A stretch of 44,952 bases of DNA from Seison nebaliae (Eukaryota): positions 1 to 44,952 of the forward strand of contig JALJEE010001395.1 in NCBI GenBank assembly GCA_023231475.1, given 5' to 3'. The position numbers and the translations under genes were made by a program. The notes below the pieces were generated by a model. It did not search any database and was not told the DNA's origin. It saw nothing but the letters and a program-made list of their open reading frames with translations. Positions 23,146 through 37,457 of this stretch are shown piece by piece. How positions within the stretch are numbered: the first letter of the stretch is position 1; the number at the start of each line of letters is the position of its first letter.

Positions 23146-23231
23146 ATATATTATGACATATATATATATATATATAATATATACTATATATAGTATATAT
23201 TATTATAGATACAGTATATAATATATATATT
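23146..23231. repeat. (TA)n-rich low-complexity tract
   Basis: Interrupted TA dinucleotide run. Confidence 0.8.
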
Positions 23232-24048
23232 ATTTGTTTGCATATCTACATTATTAAATGTCTATTATTTTATTTATATTATTATTTTTCTTCCTCTATA
23301 TTCTCTATAATGTAGAGAATTACTAATAAACTATTCTAATTAATTTCATGAAACATTAGCCAGAATTTCGAAATCAGATATTGCGTAATAGGTTGTGGAA
23401 GATGAATTTTATAGAGAATTTTATTTCATTAAGAATTTGTTTAATGTGCTAATGAAAAAGTGGCAAACAAAATTTTTGTATATGCGTATAAATGAAAAAG
23501 TGAATGAGTTAGATATAATAACTATTAAATAATAAGAAAATGAATAGGAAATAAATTGGGAGATTGTTTGGAAGAAGAATATATCATTTTCTTTAGAAGA
23601 TCTAACCAAGCCAAATTGGAAAATTCGATTAAACAGAATATCATTGGTTTGACGTAAAAATAAATGAACGGGAATTATTATAATTATATAATAAATAAGT
23701 AATGTATTCATCGTTGGGAGAATCATTGATTTTATTATTGGAAAGAAGAATTGATAATATAAAAGGATTATCTTCTCATCGTACAACAATGGTTTTCCTT
23801 TATGATATCTGCAATAGTACCGGATCCTAGCACAAATTTTATTCTTTGTCATCGTTATTAACTCTTCAATCGTACAATATTCAATATTCTGACAGTAAGA
23901 TAACTACTATATTCGAAAGTAATTTATTTCATTCTTTGTTAAATAATTGTGGACATATCGATTCACAACACAAATATTTTTCTTTCATAATATTTGATCA
24001 ATACTAAAAAAGTCAATAATTCCCAACATCCGATTCCAATTGACAACC

Positions 24049-27000
24049 ATGTACAATCGAGCGAATTCATCAGATCATAGTTCCGATGAAAAGTTTTGTT
24101 TCGACTATTACCACCGGACGCAATCGATTGATGAGATTATTATGGAGAAAACAGAAGACGAATTGAAAGCAAATTATATACTCAATTACGATGAAGAAGA
24201 TGAGATGCAAATTCAATCATTTCGTATTAATAACCTCAAATTGTGGATGTGTCGATTGCTCTCAATTCTCTCAATAGGTTTCGCCTATCTGGTATTCTAC
24301 TGGAAACCGTCGTGGTGGTTGAAGATCACTCATGATAAATGTCGATTGAATGAGGCTGATCGACTATTATTGATCGATCAATATCGACAAGAATTCGTGG
24401 AAATGATCCAAACTGAGGAAGTGTCAAGCGATTTATTATCGATTTTCAATCCGATTTCATATAAAATTGGTCGAGAAGGAAATGTATCTGTTCCTTTTTT
24501 GAATTTGGTACAAATGATAAAAAACGACGGATGTAAATTAGTTACGTTATTTAACAAAAAACTGAAATACGTTTGGAAATGTTTGGAAGGAGAATTTTGT
24601 CAATTAAATGGATTGGATACAGATAGTCTTAAATTATCTATGATCCATAAGATGCCGCCATTAACTACGAAACAGAATAATGAATTATTGAAATTATATG
24701 GAGAGAATGTTTTGAATTTACAACTGACACCAATTTGGAAAGTATTACTTCAAGAAATCATTTCTCCATTTTATATATTTCAAATTTTCTCCGTCATTCT
24801 ATGGTGCACTGATCAATATTATTTTTATTCTGGTTGCATCTTCATCATTTCCGTCATCAGTGTCACCCTTACTCTTGTTCAAACGAGAAGAAATGAGAAA
24901 CATTTACTCGATATGGTATCATTGTCACATGATCAAATGACAAATGTCTTTCGACGTAATGAAAATGAGACGGTTCAACGAATAAAAACAGCAGCATCAC
25001 AATTGGTACCAGGAGAAATTATTGAAATTCCCAAAAATGGTTGTCTGATGGAATGTGATGCCATATTATTGAATGGTGAATGTATCGTCAATGAATGTAT
25101 GTTGACTGGTGAGAGTGTTCCTGTTACTAAAACTGCATTACCCAATCCACAAGAATATAATTTCAATATGAGAACAATTTCTCTATCGAGTACGAAGAAA
25201 GATGATATTATCAAAGAAGATTTTCCACCGAAACAATCTACTAAACAACATTTGGAAGAAACTTTCACGATAGAGAAATGCAGTAAAAATGTACTTTTCT
25301 GTGGAACAAATGTCATTCAGGGACGATATTATGGAGATATGGCAATAAAGGCTATCGTTATCCGAACGGGTTATACGACGACTAAAGGACGATTATTATT
25401 ATCAATTCTTTATCCGAAACCATTACATTATCAATTTCAATTTGACACTTATAAATTTGTGGGTGTATTAAGTATGATTGCTTTAGTTGGATTAATTGCG
25501 ACAATTGTCATTATGACGAAACGTTCTTATCATGTCGGTGCGATGATTAAACGTGCTTTGGATCTTATAACGATTTGTGTCCCTCCAGCTCTATCCGCGG
25601 CATTGACATCATCATTAATGTTTGCTCAACAACGATTAAAGACGAAAAAGATTTTCTGTGTAGCTCCATCGTCGATCAATCAATGTGGAACTTTGGATAC
25701 TTTTGTGTTCGATAAAACAGGAACGTTGACAGAAGATGGTTTAAATTTAATGGGAATCATTCCAGTTGGTAATTCCAGAAATTATATTTCTTTAAAATTT
25801 CCATCATTAACGAATCACCATTCCATTGAACATCAGTCATCGTCGATAATGAAAGATGAAAGAAACGAATTAGAAGGAGAAGAATCGAAAAAGAATCATG
25901 TTATTCTTTTAGATTTGGTTAGAAATGTGTCAGATAATTTGCCAACATCACATCATATCATCGAATGTATGGCGACATGTCATTCGATTATCAGATTAAG
26001 TGGTGTATTAAATGGTGATCCACTTGATTTGAAAATGTTTGAATCAACAGGATGGTCTTTCATCAACGAGAATGATAATATGGGAAATAATGAATCGATC
26101 AATAATAATAATGATATAGAAGAATTGGATGATGGAATAACTTCGTCCAATTATCAATCAATTGTTCAAACGATCGTTCGTTCTCCTTCGTCAGATGAAT
26201 CGATTGAATCTATAATCAATTCATCAGGTGATGTGAATATTAGTGGAAATGAGATCGGAATTGTTCGACAATTTCCATTTTCATCTGCATTACAACGAAT
26301 GTCAGTTATCGTTCGTCATATGACGGCAAATTCGTTTACAATTTATGTGAAAGGTGCACCAGAAATTATTGCGAGTCTTTGTATTCCCGAATCAGTTCCT
26401 ACCAATTTGGAAGAGATACTTCAATATTACACTCAAGAAGGTTATCGCGTTATCGCCTTAGCCATGAGAGAATCACTCAAATTGCCATATACAAAAATTA
26501 TGAAAATTAGTAGGAAGAAGATTGAGAATGATCTGCAATTTTTAGGATTACTCATTTTGGAGAATAGATTGAAAAAAGAAACTGAGCCAATTCTCCTTCA
26601 GTTGCGTGACGCCAACATCCGAACGATTATGTGCACTGGCGACAACATATTAACAGCAATTTCCGTTGCTCATGATTGTGAATTGATTGATGAGAACATC
26701 AAAATTTTAATTGTTGAAGCAGAAAAAAAGAAATTATTTTCTTCAAGTAGTTCCCAACAGATTTCCACAGAAAACAACGAAACAAAAATTATTAATACTT
26801 CTCAATATCCACAATCAGAAAAAAATTTAGATCTCGAGAAGAAATTAAGTGAATCAAAAGATCTCTATGAAATTAAATTGACTTATGCCGAACAACTGAA
26901 GAAACGAGAAATGAGTAACATCGAAGCGGAATTATCTGACCTTCATAATTGTGCTTTGGCGTTGACGGGAACAACTTTCAGAATACTCAGAGATTATTTC

Positions 27001-28193
27001 TATGAAGACATCTTCCAAAGAATAATTGAACGTGGAGCAATTTTCGCTCGCATGTTACCTGATCAAAAACAACAACTTATTGAAGAATTACAACAAACTA
27101 ATAGTCGTGTTGGAATGTGTGGTGATGGTGCAAATGATTGTGGAGCTTTAAAGACAGCCAACGCAGGAATATCATTATCATGCGATCAGGAAGCTTCAAT
27201 TGCTTCACCATTTACTTCTCAGAATAATGATATTAGTTGTGTTCCTATTCTCATGAAAGAAGGACGAGCATCACTCGTCACATCATTTGGTGTCGTCAAA
27301 TATATTTGTCTTTATTCACTCATACAATTTTTTACCGTTTTTCTTCTGTATCTTAATTACAACAATTTGACTGATGTCGAATTTATTTATATCGATTTCT
27401 TCATTCTAACCATACTCGTCATGTGTTTCACGAGAACTGAAGCATTTCCCACTCTTTCCAAAATACCACCATCCATCAAACTCATCAATTGGAGAACGAT
27501 AATTTCCATTATTGGTACATTGGTAATCATGGTTGTCATTCAAACCGTCATGATGGTTGATGTCAAAAATCAAATATGGTTTCATTTTTTCTTCATTCTC
27601 TTTTACACTTATTTGTTCATTTGATAGGTATATTCCGGTGAATAAAACCATGGCTATTGAACATGAAATTTACACGAGTGATCTTAATACAACTTTATTC
27701 TTTGTTTCATCGTTCCAATATATCATTTGTGCTGTCATTTTCTCAAAAGGACGTCCATTTCGAAAGATGATATATTCTAATTGTTACTTTCTATATTCTT
27801 TCTCCAAATATTATAATTTATGTTTCAGATATATTTCTCTTCTCCTTAATTGTCATTACTTTAACTACTTCAGCAATGTTGTTGTGGCCCATAGAAAATT
27901 TGTACAATTTTTTCCAAGTTACTTTTTTGCTAATTGTCTAAAACAATTTTCATGTCCAATAGTTAAAAGTGTTGATTGATAAAAATTATGCAGCAATCAT
28001 TCTCCTCGTTGCGTGTATCAACTTCGTCATTTGTATTATCTTCGAATCGATTATCATCGAACAAGAATTTTCAATTATTCCAAAACTATTCAATTTCGTT
28101 TATTATTGTGTGAAGAGTTGTGGGAAAGATCATGGGAATTACGAATTGAAACAGATGAAAATGAAAACGAAGACGATAAACGAGAATGCATAA
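24049..28193 (+). CDS. P5B-type ATPase (ATP13A2/3-like, putative polyamine transporter), ~1334 aa; exons 24049-27578, 27628-27782, 27829-27917, 27963-28193
   Basis: Motifs [58 protein letters not shown] and [11 protein letters not shown]. Three introns of 45-49 bp complete the C-terminal TM region. Confidence 0.95.
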
Positions 28194-28608
28194 CGATATT
28201 TATTTTCCATTTTATTAAGATCCATCCTAACATCAATGAATGGGTCTATATATTTCTTTTTTAAATTTTGTTACTGATTTTCCGTGCGAGTATTTTAGTT
28301 AATCAATTTTTTTTTCATTTCAAAATTCATTAATTTTCATCGTTCCATTAATTCATGATGCGAATTGATTCATCTACTTTTCGATTTTCTGAGAATATAT
28401 CCTTCAGAACATTTCGTTTCTATCCCATCATATTTATTATTATTATTTGTTTTATTTACTTTTCGTATCGAATTGAATAAATAAGAAAAGAATAAGAAAA
28501 TTTTTAATTAATTAATAAAATGAGAATGAATTTAGATGAATTTCCAGAAACTATAAAAACAAACTAAAGAAAATGATGTGGCAAATTGATGAGATTGAGA
28601 TTGGACAA

Positions 28609-31600
28609 TTAACATAAAATTGAATCGATGTTTGCTTGAGAAATAGCTTCTTCTTTCTTCAATTCCAACTGAGATGTTTGTCGTGTAATCTCTTCTTCCA
28701 ATTTCTCCAAATCCTTCAACTTCAATTCCTCCAACGTGTCTTTCTCTTTCGTATGACGAAGAGCTAAACGACGACGTTGTTCGATAAAACGTTTAGCATT
28801 ATTGGAGAGTAATTCTTTTATTCGTCTCTCTTTCTCTTGTTTCGATTTGATACTTTTGTCAATGTTAATCTTCTTCCTATCTTCCATCGTATCTCTCGCT
28901 TCACTCATTTTGATATTCTGCACATCCTTATCTTGACGACGTTGAAGCATCTTCATCCTCTTATCATGTCGATCATTTAACATTTCTCTTAATAATTGAC
29001 TTTGTTGATTGAGATGTAACAAGAGAATTCCATATCTGTCATTTGTGTGTCGTTGCATGATCTCTTTCCAGTCGACGGATTGAGAATAAATTAAATTCTT
29101 AAACGATTCCGAATGGAATTGCAGATTGGCATATTCATTCTTCCCATCATTCATATTTGTTGTCTGTGAAGATTTTGGTGAGAGAAAATAAAGATATTCG
29201 GAATTGGCGGGAAACAACGGTTTGTTTTGCTTACGACGATTCCTCCTTTCCTTCTCCAACATTGATTCAGTTGCTGCTGTTTGATTCTTCATCATATCAT
29301 GCTTCTCTTTGATTAGACGTCGTTGAAATTGTTCATATTCTATCGATTGTCTCTTCAATAATTTAATATACAATTTATCTTGTTTCAATGAGTCAAATGT
29401 GATAGATTCGAGTTCCACACTCATCTGTTTCTGTTCAGCTGATTCAGCTTCTTTAAATTTCTGTTTATTCTCATCTAAGGCATTCGATTCAGGTATCATC
29501 GATGTGGTTATAGAACGTCGATGATAATTATTCAAAACATGTGATTGATGTTGCCCATCCAACTGAGTTTGTTGTCCACTTAATTTTTTCGTCAATTTTT
29601 CCGAATTTCGACCCAGAATGCTCTGTGGTTGATGATGCGAGTGAGAATGTTGTGATTGTTGAATATTATCACTCAAATTATCTTCAAGAAGATCCATAGT
29701 CGATGGTTGGGATGTTGTTGTAATTTTCTTCTCGACTGCTAATGGATTGTTTAAGGCATTAGCAATTTCACTTAAACCGACCGGTATATATGTACTCAAA
29801 ACGATGTGAATGAAAACGGTGGGCAACGACATTGGAAAATTGGCTTCCGTTCTTAATGAAACGTGTCGATATCCTGCTTGCAATCCATCCAATGGTAAGA
29901 CTCGTTGTCCTATTAATTTATTCGTCTCCTCATATACAGCGATACGTATTACTGCCAAATCAGGCAAAACAATTTTTCGAAATTCGAACGGTTCCTCATT
30001 ATATTGCGGATTTAATCCGTTATTCGGCACCGTCTACATATGAAGAATACAAGAATAAGTAAAAATGAAGAACTTTTGTCTTAAATTCTCTTCGAATAGT
30101 ATCGGTCGGTAATCCATACATATCCACTTCGACGTATGTACCAATCTTCTTATCAGAAAGGAATTGTCCAGAAATTATCTTCAAAAATTCAAAATTGAGA
30201 ATTCTTCAAATTTTATTTAACGTAAGATTAACTTTAATCGAACAATACGCCGCTATTACACCATCGACGGCGCTTTCACTAAATGGATCGAATTGTCGAT
30301 CTTCTCTGATCATAAAATTCGGTTTCAATAAATAACCACAATTGTTGTTATATTCAAATTTGCCTTGATTAATCTGAATACCTAAATCGGGTGTTTGGAA
30401 ATTAAGTGAGACCATTTGACATCCGGCATTCCAAAAAATTTGTGGCATAAAATTGGAGGAATCGACACGACCACCTTTAGGATAAATTCGACTTAATTGT
30501 CTTTTGTTATAACTGGAGAGCATGGATGAAATATTAGTAGAAATGAAAAAGAGAGAAAAGAAAACTTTACAAAATCTACCGGAAATTGCTTCAATAAAGA
30601 GAGTGCCACATTCTCATTGAATGAACTCATTTGGAAATGTAGACTCCTTTCTTCCGAATCGAGAAATGTCTGAAATTTTACTGGTTGAGTGTAATTGACG
30701 AGATCGGAGAGATCCTGATGAATATTTGTTGTTGCACCTGTATATTTATATTTTGACATTAATTCTTCTTCTTGCTCTTTCGTTAATGTACTGTCTTTTT
30801 TCGTATTAGAAATTAATTTCAATCCTTCTCCCATCTTCTTCAACATATTACTCCCATGATGATTCTTTGTAGTTCGTTCATTAGTCAACGAATCATCGAG
30901 ACAATCTAACATGTTATTTCCATTCACATTATTCGTCAGATCATTTCCATTATCATTCGTAGAAATTATTCGATGATTTAATCGACCACTTTCCTCAATC
31001 GTTGTTATCATGTCATTGACATGTTTAACATCCGTTGACGTTCTCATAAAAGATGATGACAATTTTCTAGTGGTTACAGATAGAACTGAATTTGATGTAA
31101 AATTACTATTATTATTTCCATTATTATTATTCGTATTATTATTATTATTATTATTATTTGTGATTGTAGAATTGGAGAATGTTGTTGTTGATGTTTTCGT
31201 GAGTTGAGATGAAGATGAAATGTTGTTGTTGTTTAATGAAGTCGTATTTTCATTTTCATTATCATCATCATCTTCATCATCATCATAATGATCGACTACT
31301 TCACCTTCTTCACCTTCGCCTTGTTCCTCTAATTCTTTCGAACGTTTCGAATTGAAATTTATTGCATTCTTTATTCTCTTGTTTTTTATGAGAATTTTAT
31401 ATTTCAAATCTTCTGGCGATGGTAATGGAACATTCGGTTCCAACGGATATTGCTCCAATGGTTTCGATAACAATTTATCACCAAAACTATCTTTACAATA
31501 TTTCGCCAATTTAAATTGTTGTTTCTTACAACAATGATTCTCAAACGATAAAATAACTGGATATTCTGATGTAACAAATGCCGTTTCGTTAATCGCATAA

Positions 31601-32769
31601 ATAACATCTTTAAATAATATATCTGTACACATCGCTTTTCCATGTGTGATTATCGGTTCCTGATCTTCTCCTTTTCCATCCCAACAATCCAATTCGATAC
31701 AACGACAACCTGCTAATAGAACTTGTCGATACATCTCGACAGAAGATCGTCCACCAAATTGTCTCCCCACCAAATAAGTGTTGTGAGATGAATTAATGAG
31801 ATAATGAGATAAAGGTTTCGTCATATCTTGATAGATTTCGAGTCGATCCAAAAATACAGGTGCATTATCATCCGACATCAAATATTTACAGAATCCATCT
31901 AATCCCAATCGTTCTTTTCGTCGATTCTCTGGATTTGGTTCATACATTTTAATTAATTGTAAAGAATATTCTCGATTATGAAAAGGAAAAAGAATTTCGT
32001 TTAGTCTCGGATCTCTTTGTTTCTCATTCAGGAATTTGACAAGACCATCGATATTTATATAATTCGTTCCCGATGATAAATCGTTAAATAGACTTTGTAT
32101 TTCCGTTCTCGGACAAATTTTATGATACAATTCATAAAATTTATCGAACGTGAATAAATTGACTTCAATATCTTGATTCTTTCCATGTGGCAATCCCAAA
32201 TCTCTTAGACAATTTAATACGATCTTTTCTGTTCGACCAGAAGTGAATGTTCTAGTGATTGAACGAACCGGTATCTTCTCCACAGCATTCAATTGGTGTG
32301 TTATCTTCTTCCAATGTTTCTTCAACCGATCCAACGGACAAATATTACTCACATTTCTATTATGAATAATTAATCGTAATGCATCCATCCATTCTCGACA
32401 TGCGCGTTTATCCTTCGCCGAAAATTGAGTAAATGTCACATTAACTAAATCTGTATTGGAACAGATGGTGAATGTTCTCTCTTCGATATTACCCAATCCT
32501 TCACTCAACGAAAATGTCATTAGTAAATCGTTAATTTTCGGATCAGTTGGTGCACGTCCTTGTCGAACATCAGATATGTGCGAAACATCAAGAAGTTGAC
32601 CTTCTTTGTTAGGACATTTCCAATAAAGGAAGAAACCATATTCATCGACACGCACAAAACAATCGGCCTCGTACATACCGACGCAGTCGTCCCAACGTTC
32701 GAAGACGCCTCCCTTCACCAAACATTTCGGTATCATCTTCTGCCATTTGAAATCAACGAGTTTCGCCAT
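28609..32769 (-). CDS. PLCB4: Phospholipase C beta (PLC-beta4/NorpA-type), ~1337 aa; exons 32769-30566, 30512-30233, 30178-30074, 30033-28609
   Basis: [11 protein letters not shown] start, then PH and EF regions, X box ([20 protein letters not shown]), an Asn-rich XY linker, Y box ([16 protein letters not shown]), C2 ([11 protein letters not shown]) and a coiled-coil C-terminal domain. Confidence 0.95.
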
Positions 32770-34387
32770 TTTGTGTATAGACGAATAATGGGAAACTTCC
32801 AAGAATCTTATTTGATAGATATTAGGACGAGAGACTTTTAATCATTCTTCGACTTCAATCCCCAAAAATTTATTGTGATTTTTATTTCTTTCGTTCATTC
32901 GCAATTCATCCACTTCGGTATAATCTTTAACGAAACATTCTTTAGGAAGATTATTAATATAACATTTTCAGATTCCGTAGAAAGTGGAAATATAGTTCTG
33001 GAACATTCATCCTTCTTTATGAATGCTAATGAATGTGTATTATTTTTATTATAATTATATTTCCAAAACTATCTAGAGAAATGATTTGTTGACAGCTCTC
33101 GGATAATAAATTTTTTCTCCTTATTTTCACTTTCCGCTTTTCGGACATTTCTGTTCTCAAATTTACTTTCCATCCATGAGTAAGCAACATTTACAGGAAG
33201 TACTTTGTTACTTTATTTCCTTTTTTCAAATTGTTTTTTCGCTTTCTGAACAATTCTTTTAGTTACATTAATTCTCACAAAGTTAATCTCGAGTATTTAT
33301 ATAAACTTATTTGAGGCTAATTTCTTGTTTACAATTATCGATTATATATCGATTATTTTATATATATATTATATATTACCGATGACAATATAAATTGTTT
33401 TCATGTTTCTTAATAACGAATTAGAACCTTAAAATAATTGAAGTGTCCGAAAGTGAGAAAAAAGAAAAATTTGCCGAAACTGCAATTAAAAGAATGAAAC
33501 CGTCCGAAATAAGAAAAGAGAAAGAACATATATTTGTGTTCTGGAAGGAATAAGTTTTGTCCGCTATGGAATGTCCGACAACGTAATTTTCTTTTTCGAT
33601 TCCATACATACAATCAATCACACGAACATAATTCTCTATCATCGATTGATGAAAGGATGAGTGATATGTAACACATTTATTAGTAGTTCTATGCATTCTC
33701 CATCCCAGATAATGCATTCATAGAATGTAATTATTGCCAATCAGTACGAAAGTTCAAAAAATGGAAGAATCGAAATTTGGAAAAGAAACCTTAAAACGCT
33801 TAATGACCATCTTGATATTATTTTCCAATGAAAATATAATATTAATTTCTAATCAAATATTTAGACATTCCAATTTATCATAAAAGTGCTGTAAGAATTG
33901 AATTAATAAATGTACATATTTAATAATCAAGAAGCATTTCATATTAGAATTTTTTAAAAATACCACATTATTTTTACAATTTTTCTTTTGCTTCATTAAT
34001 ATTCTTATCTGACATTATTTCGGAATGAGCATTATGAAAGAATGAGCATTAACATTCTTAAAAATAAAACGAGATTCAATTAATAAATAATCACTCAACA
34101 AGTTGAAGTAATTGAACTTCTCTAAATTAGACAAGTGAACTTCGAATGAATAAATTATGTGGAATTGTACCATTGAAAAAAAATGAGCATATTCATAAAA
34201 AACGGATGATTGGAAAATAAATTTCGACAATACACAAGATATTCCTGTGATTAAGAGGGCGAATTTGTGTATGGAAGAAATGGAATAAGCGTAGGATAAA
34301 TTTTATTACAATTAGAAAAGATCTTCCTCCAAATGTCTTATTTTACAATAACCGACTACAATAATTCATCAGCGCACAGCTTTCCCT

Positions 34388-34482
34388 ACATACACATACC
34401 ACCACATGCTACATGAAATATATAAAAATAACATACACTGACATACAGACAGACACAGACACAGACATATACACACACAAAC
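34388..34482. repeat. Compound CA/CAGA microsatellite
   Basis: CATACA, CAGA, CACAGA and CA repeats. Confidence 0.75.
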
Positions 34483-37457
34483 ATAGCATATGTCATAGAA
34501 TATATGCAAATTGTTTAACAATTAATAAGTTCTTCCTAATAACAATATGCCGTAATAGAATTATAAATTAAAATTATTATATTTTTTCTGAAAATTTCTT
34601 CTCTCCTCTTTTCTCCTTCCTCCAATCCCGTTAATATTCAAAGGAGAATATATAACCATCTTATTTCATATATCCACTACACATATGTCCATCGTTTGAA
34701 TGTTTTTGAATTGACCTGGACAATTTTCCAACCAGACTGATATTCCTGATATTGCCATAAAATATGTTGTCATTTATCATCAAGTAATTTTATGTATGTT
34801 ACATCTCCATTGGATTCAAATTGATCATTATTTAGATTTAGTACAGAACATAATGTGTTGTTTTGACCAAGATTCTTAATGGGATTATTTGACGATATTT
34901 TATTCCGTTCATTGCTGGAAATCATCGAAATTCTATTTGTGAAATGTCCAATTAAGCTATTGCTACGATGTTCGAAATGTCCGACGAGAAAAATGTTTTA
35001 TGGAAACGAATTATTAAATAGGAAATCAGACTACATCTCATGAGGAATAACAATTGTAATTGAGTATGTATAAAAAGCTTTAACTATAATTATTTCAGTG
35101 CGTATCTAGAAAATAAGTAATGGATAGAGAGAATGATCCGTCAGGAGGTGACTTGTAAAGACATTAAATAATGTTGATAAATAAAGAATATGGAATAAAA
35201 CAATAAGATGGCAGTGAACGAATAATCTCCCATGCAAGGATTGAAATACAGAATTTGTTTGAAAAAACGAGAAGTTGAAGGAACGTTGCCCATCCTTAAT
35301 GCGAATGATACATACGATTAATTGCTTGCTTTTTTCTAATACTCATATTATTCTATGGAAATAAATGAATTCATCCGACATCCTTCCACATAATTTAACA
35401 TGCGGAAGCAATGTTATTTCGAATGGCGTGTTAACGAATGTAAATATTGTAAACGAGCAGCACATTCCAACTAGAAGAAATGTAGCGTACTAATGAAATT
35501 CATATATGTATGAATTCACAAGAAATGCAGATAAGTATTGCGCATGTTTTTCAAGAAAGATGACACAGAAATTGCATGACATCCAACATCGAACAAGTCG
35601 ACTCGACTTATGTAAATCGGTTATCTGAATATTATAATCATAATTTCAGCAACAGGTACGATCCATGAATTCGAAAGAATAGGACTCCAATTTTCTTAAT
35701 TTCATGGGGAAAAAATTCAGAAATTTTTAAGAGTTCCTATCAGAGGTATAACGACAATTGATTCAAGATCAGATCGCAATCTAACATTAACTAAACCGTT
35801 TAGGCTTAGTTTAGTTTGGGCTTTCCAAAATGGACGAAACCTGGTTTTGTCCTAAAATTTCAATTTGTGGAAACAAATTATTATCTGATTGAAAATTTCA
35901 TTTAGTAGTGAGGCGTACGTGGTGAAATCATCACCCTCACAACATCTCACAAAGGAACCTCATATAAGGAACAATAATCATATATAATATATGATTAAAG
36001 TTGATGAGGATACCGGATGAAAAGTATAATTATTTAATGTTTATGTACGTCGCATAATGAAATAAAATAAAATTGAACGACATTCCAATAGTATAACTGC
36101 AGAAAGGAATGTTTTAATGAAGTGGAACTTCATGGAATTCTTTTGTCTATTAAGTTATTTATGAGAATATAACTATATTATACATTATAATGCAGTATAT
36201 GACGGATTGATATAGACCTTATTATTAAGATTATATTATTATATAACATGGAAATTTATGTTCACCATATTATTATTTTTCCTTCAGTCTAAAATCAAAT
36301 TTTATTTGTTATGATCAAAATTATGATTATGATCATATATTTTAAATTTAAATCTAATGTTAGATAGATATTATATAAAAACTAAAAATATTCAATAAGA
36401 TACATTCGATCATTATTAAAAATTATTTTCGTGAATGAGAAATAACGTGAAAGAAAATATAAATCTTTATTGGAACAATTAATTTAAAAAATTTTCTCCA
36501 ATTGAAACTATAAATTCTTACTCGAATTTTATCAAAATTCATAAGATATTGCATCCTTGTTAAACATCTTTCAACTGTATATAAATATATTTAGTTTTTC
36601 TACAATGGAGACTTGTGAGATAATCGATTAAAAAACATTTGAAAAATGATTGAAAGTTTCTGAATCTTAAATTTTTATGCCATCTTGAAAATATTTTATG
36701 AGCGATATATTACACGAAGAGAATTATTCAGTGTATTAGTCAATTGTTTTGTTTGTGCATATTTCGTATGTGTTTTTACAATTGTTAATATTCTTACAAT
36801 ATTATATATTATATTGAATATTCATACATTACAATTATTGTTAGATTTTTAATAAATATATGAGAATGGAATAAGAGAAATAATGTCATAAAATGGAGAC
36901 TTTTTATTCTCAGACGATTTGAGAATTCCTATCGTTAAAATGATCATATAACAAATAATATATTTCAGTTTTAATTCGACGATTGGTTCAATTAAAAAAA
37001 ATAATTTCTAATATAAACATAGATTCTGATGAATAACGTTGATGTAGTTCGATGACTACAGGTAATTTAGATATTTACATTAATTACTTCGTCCGTAAAA
37101 GGAAGAATGTGATAATTGAGATAATATTTATTTAAATATCATACAAATATGCAAGTGAACTCAATAAAATATAATGTCACATATCGTCTCTTTTGATTAT
37201 TCTAGTGAGTCGAAATTATGCAGTAATTATGATCTATCCAAAAGGGAATTAGCCTCATAATATTTCGATGGAAGATGCAGAATATATCTCTTTCGATGGA
37301 AAGGGAGAAAAAGTAGAATATGTGAATAGTTCGTGAAATAGAAGAATTAGGATGAATTAATTATGAAAAGGAAGAGAATAGATAATTAATTCAGAGGGAA
37401 TGAATTCTACTGAACATCGAATAATAAAAATATTTACATTTACAAAAATTTTTCAAT

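Noticed and set aside
23421..23852. 143-aa minus-strand ORF
   Set aside because: Its F/I/Y-rich composition is typical of chance frames in AT-rich DNA. It has no motifs and lies in the ATP13A upstream region.
31100..31290. Poly-Asn/Asp tract in PLC as an intron or insertion element
   Set aside because: It is in frame and lies in the normally variable XY linker; it is an ordinary low-complexity expansion.
24975..32841. Short ORFs antisense or out of frame within ATP13A and PLC
   Set aside because: They are shadow ORFs of long coding exons with no independent support.
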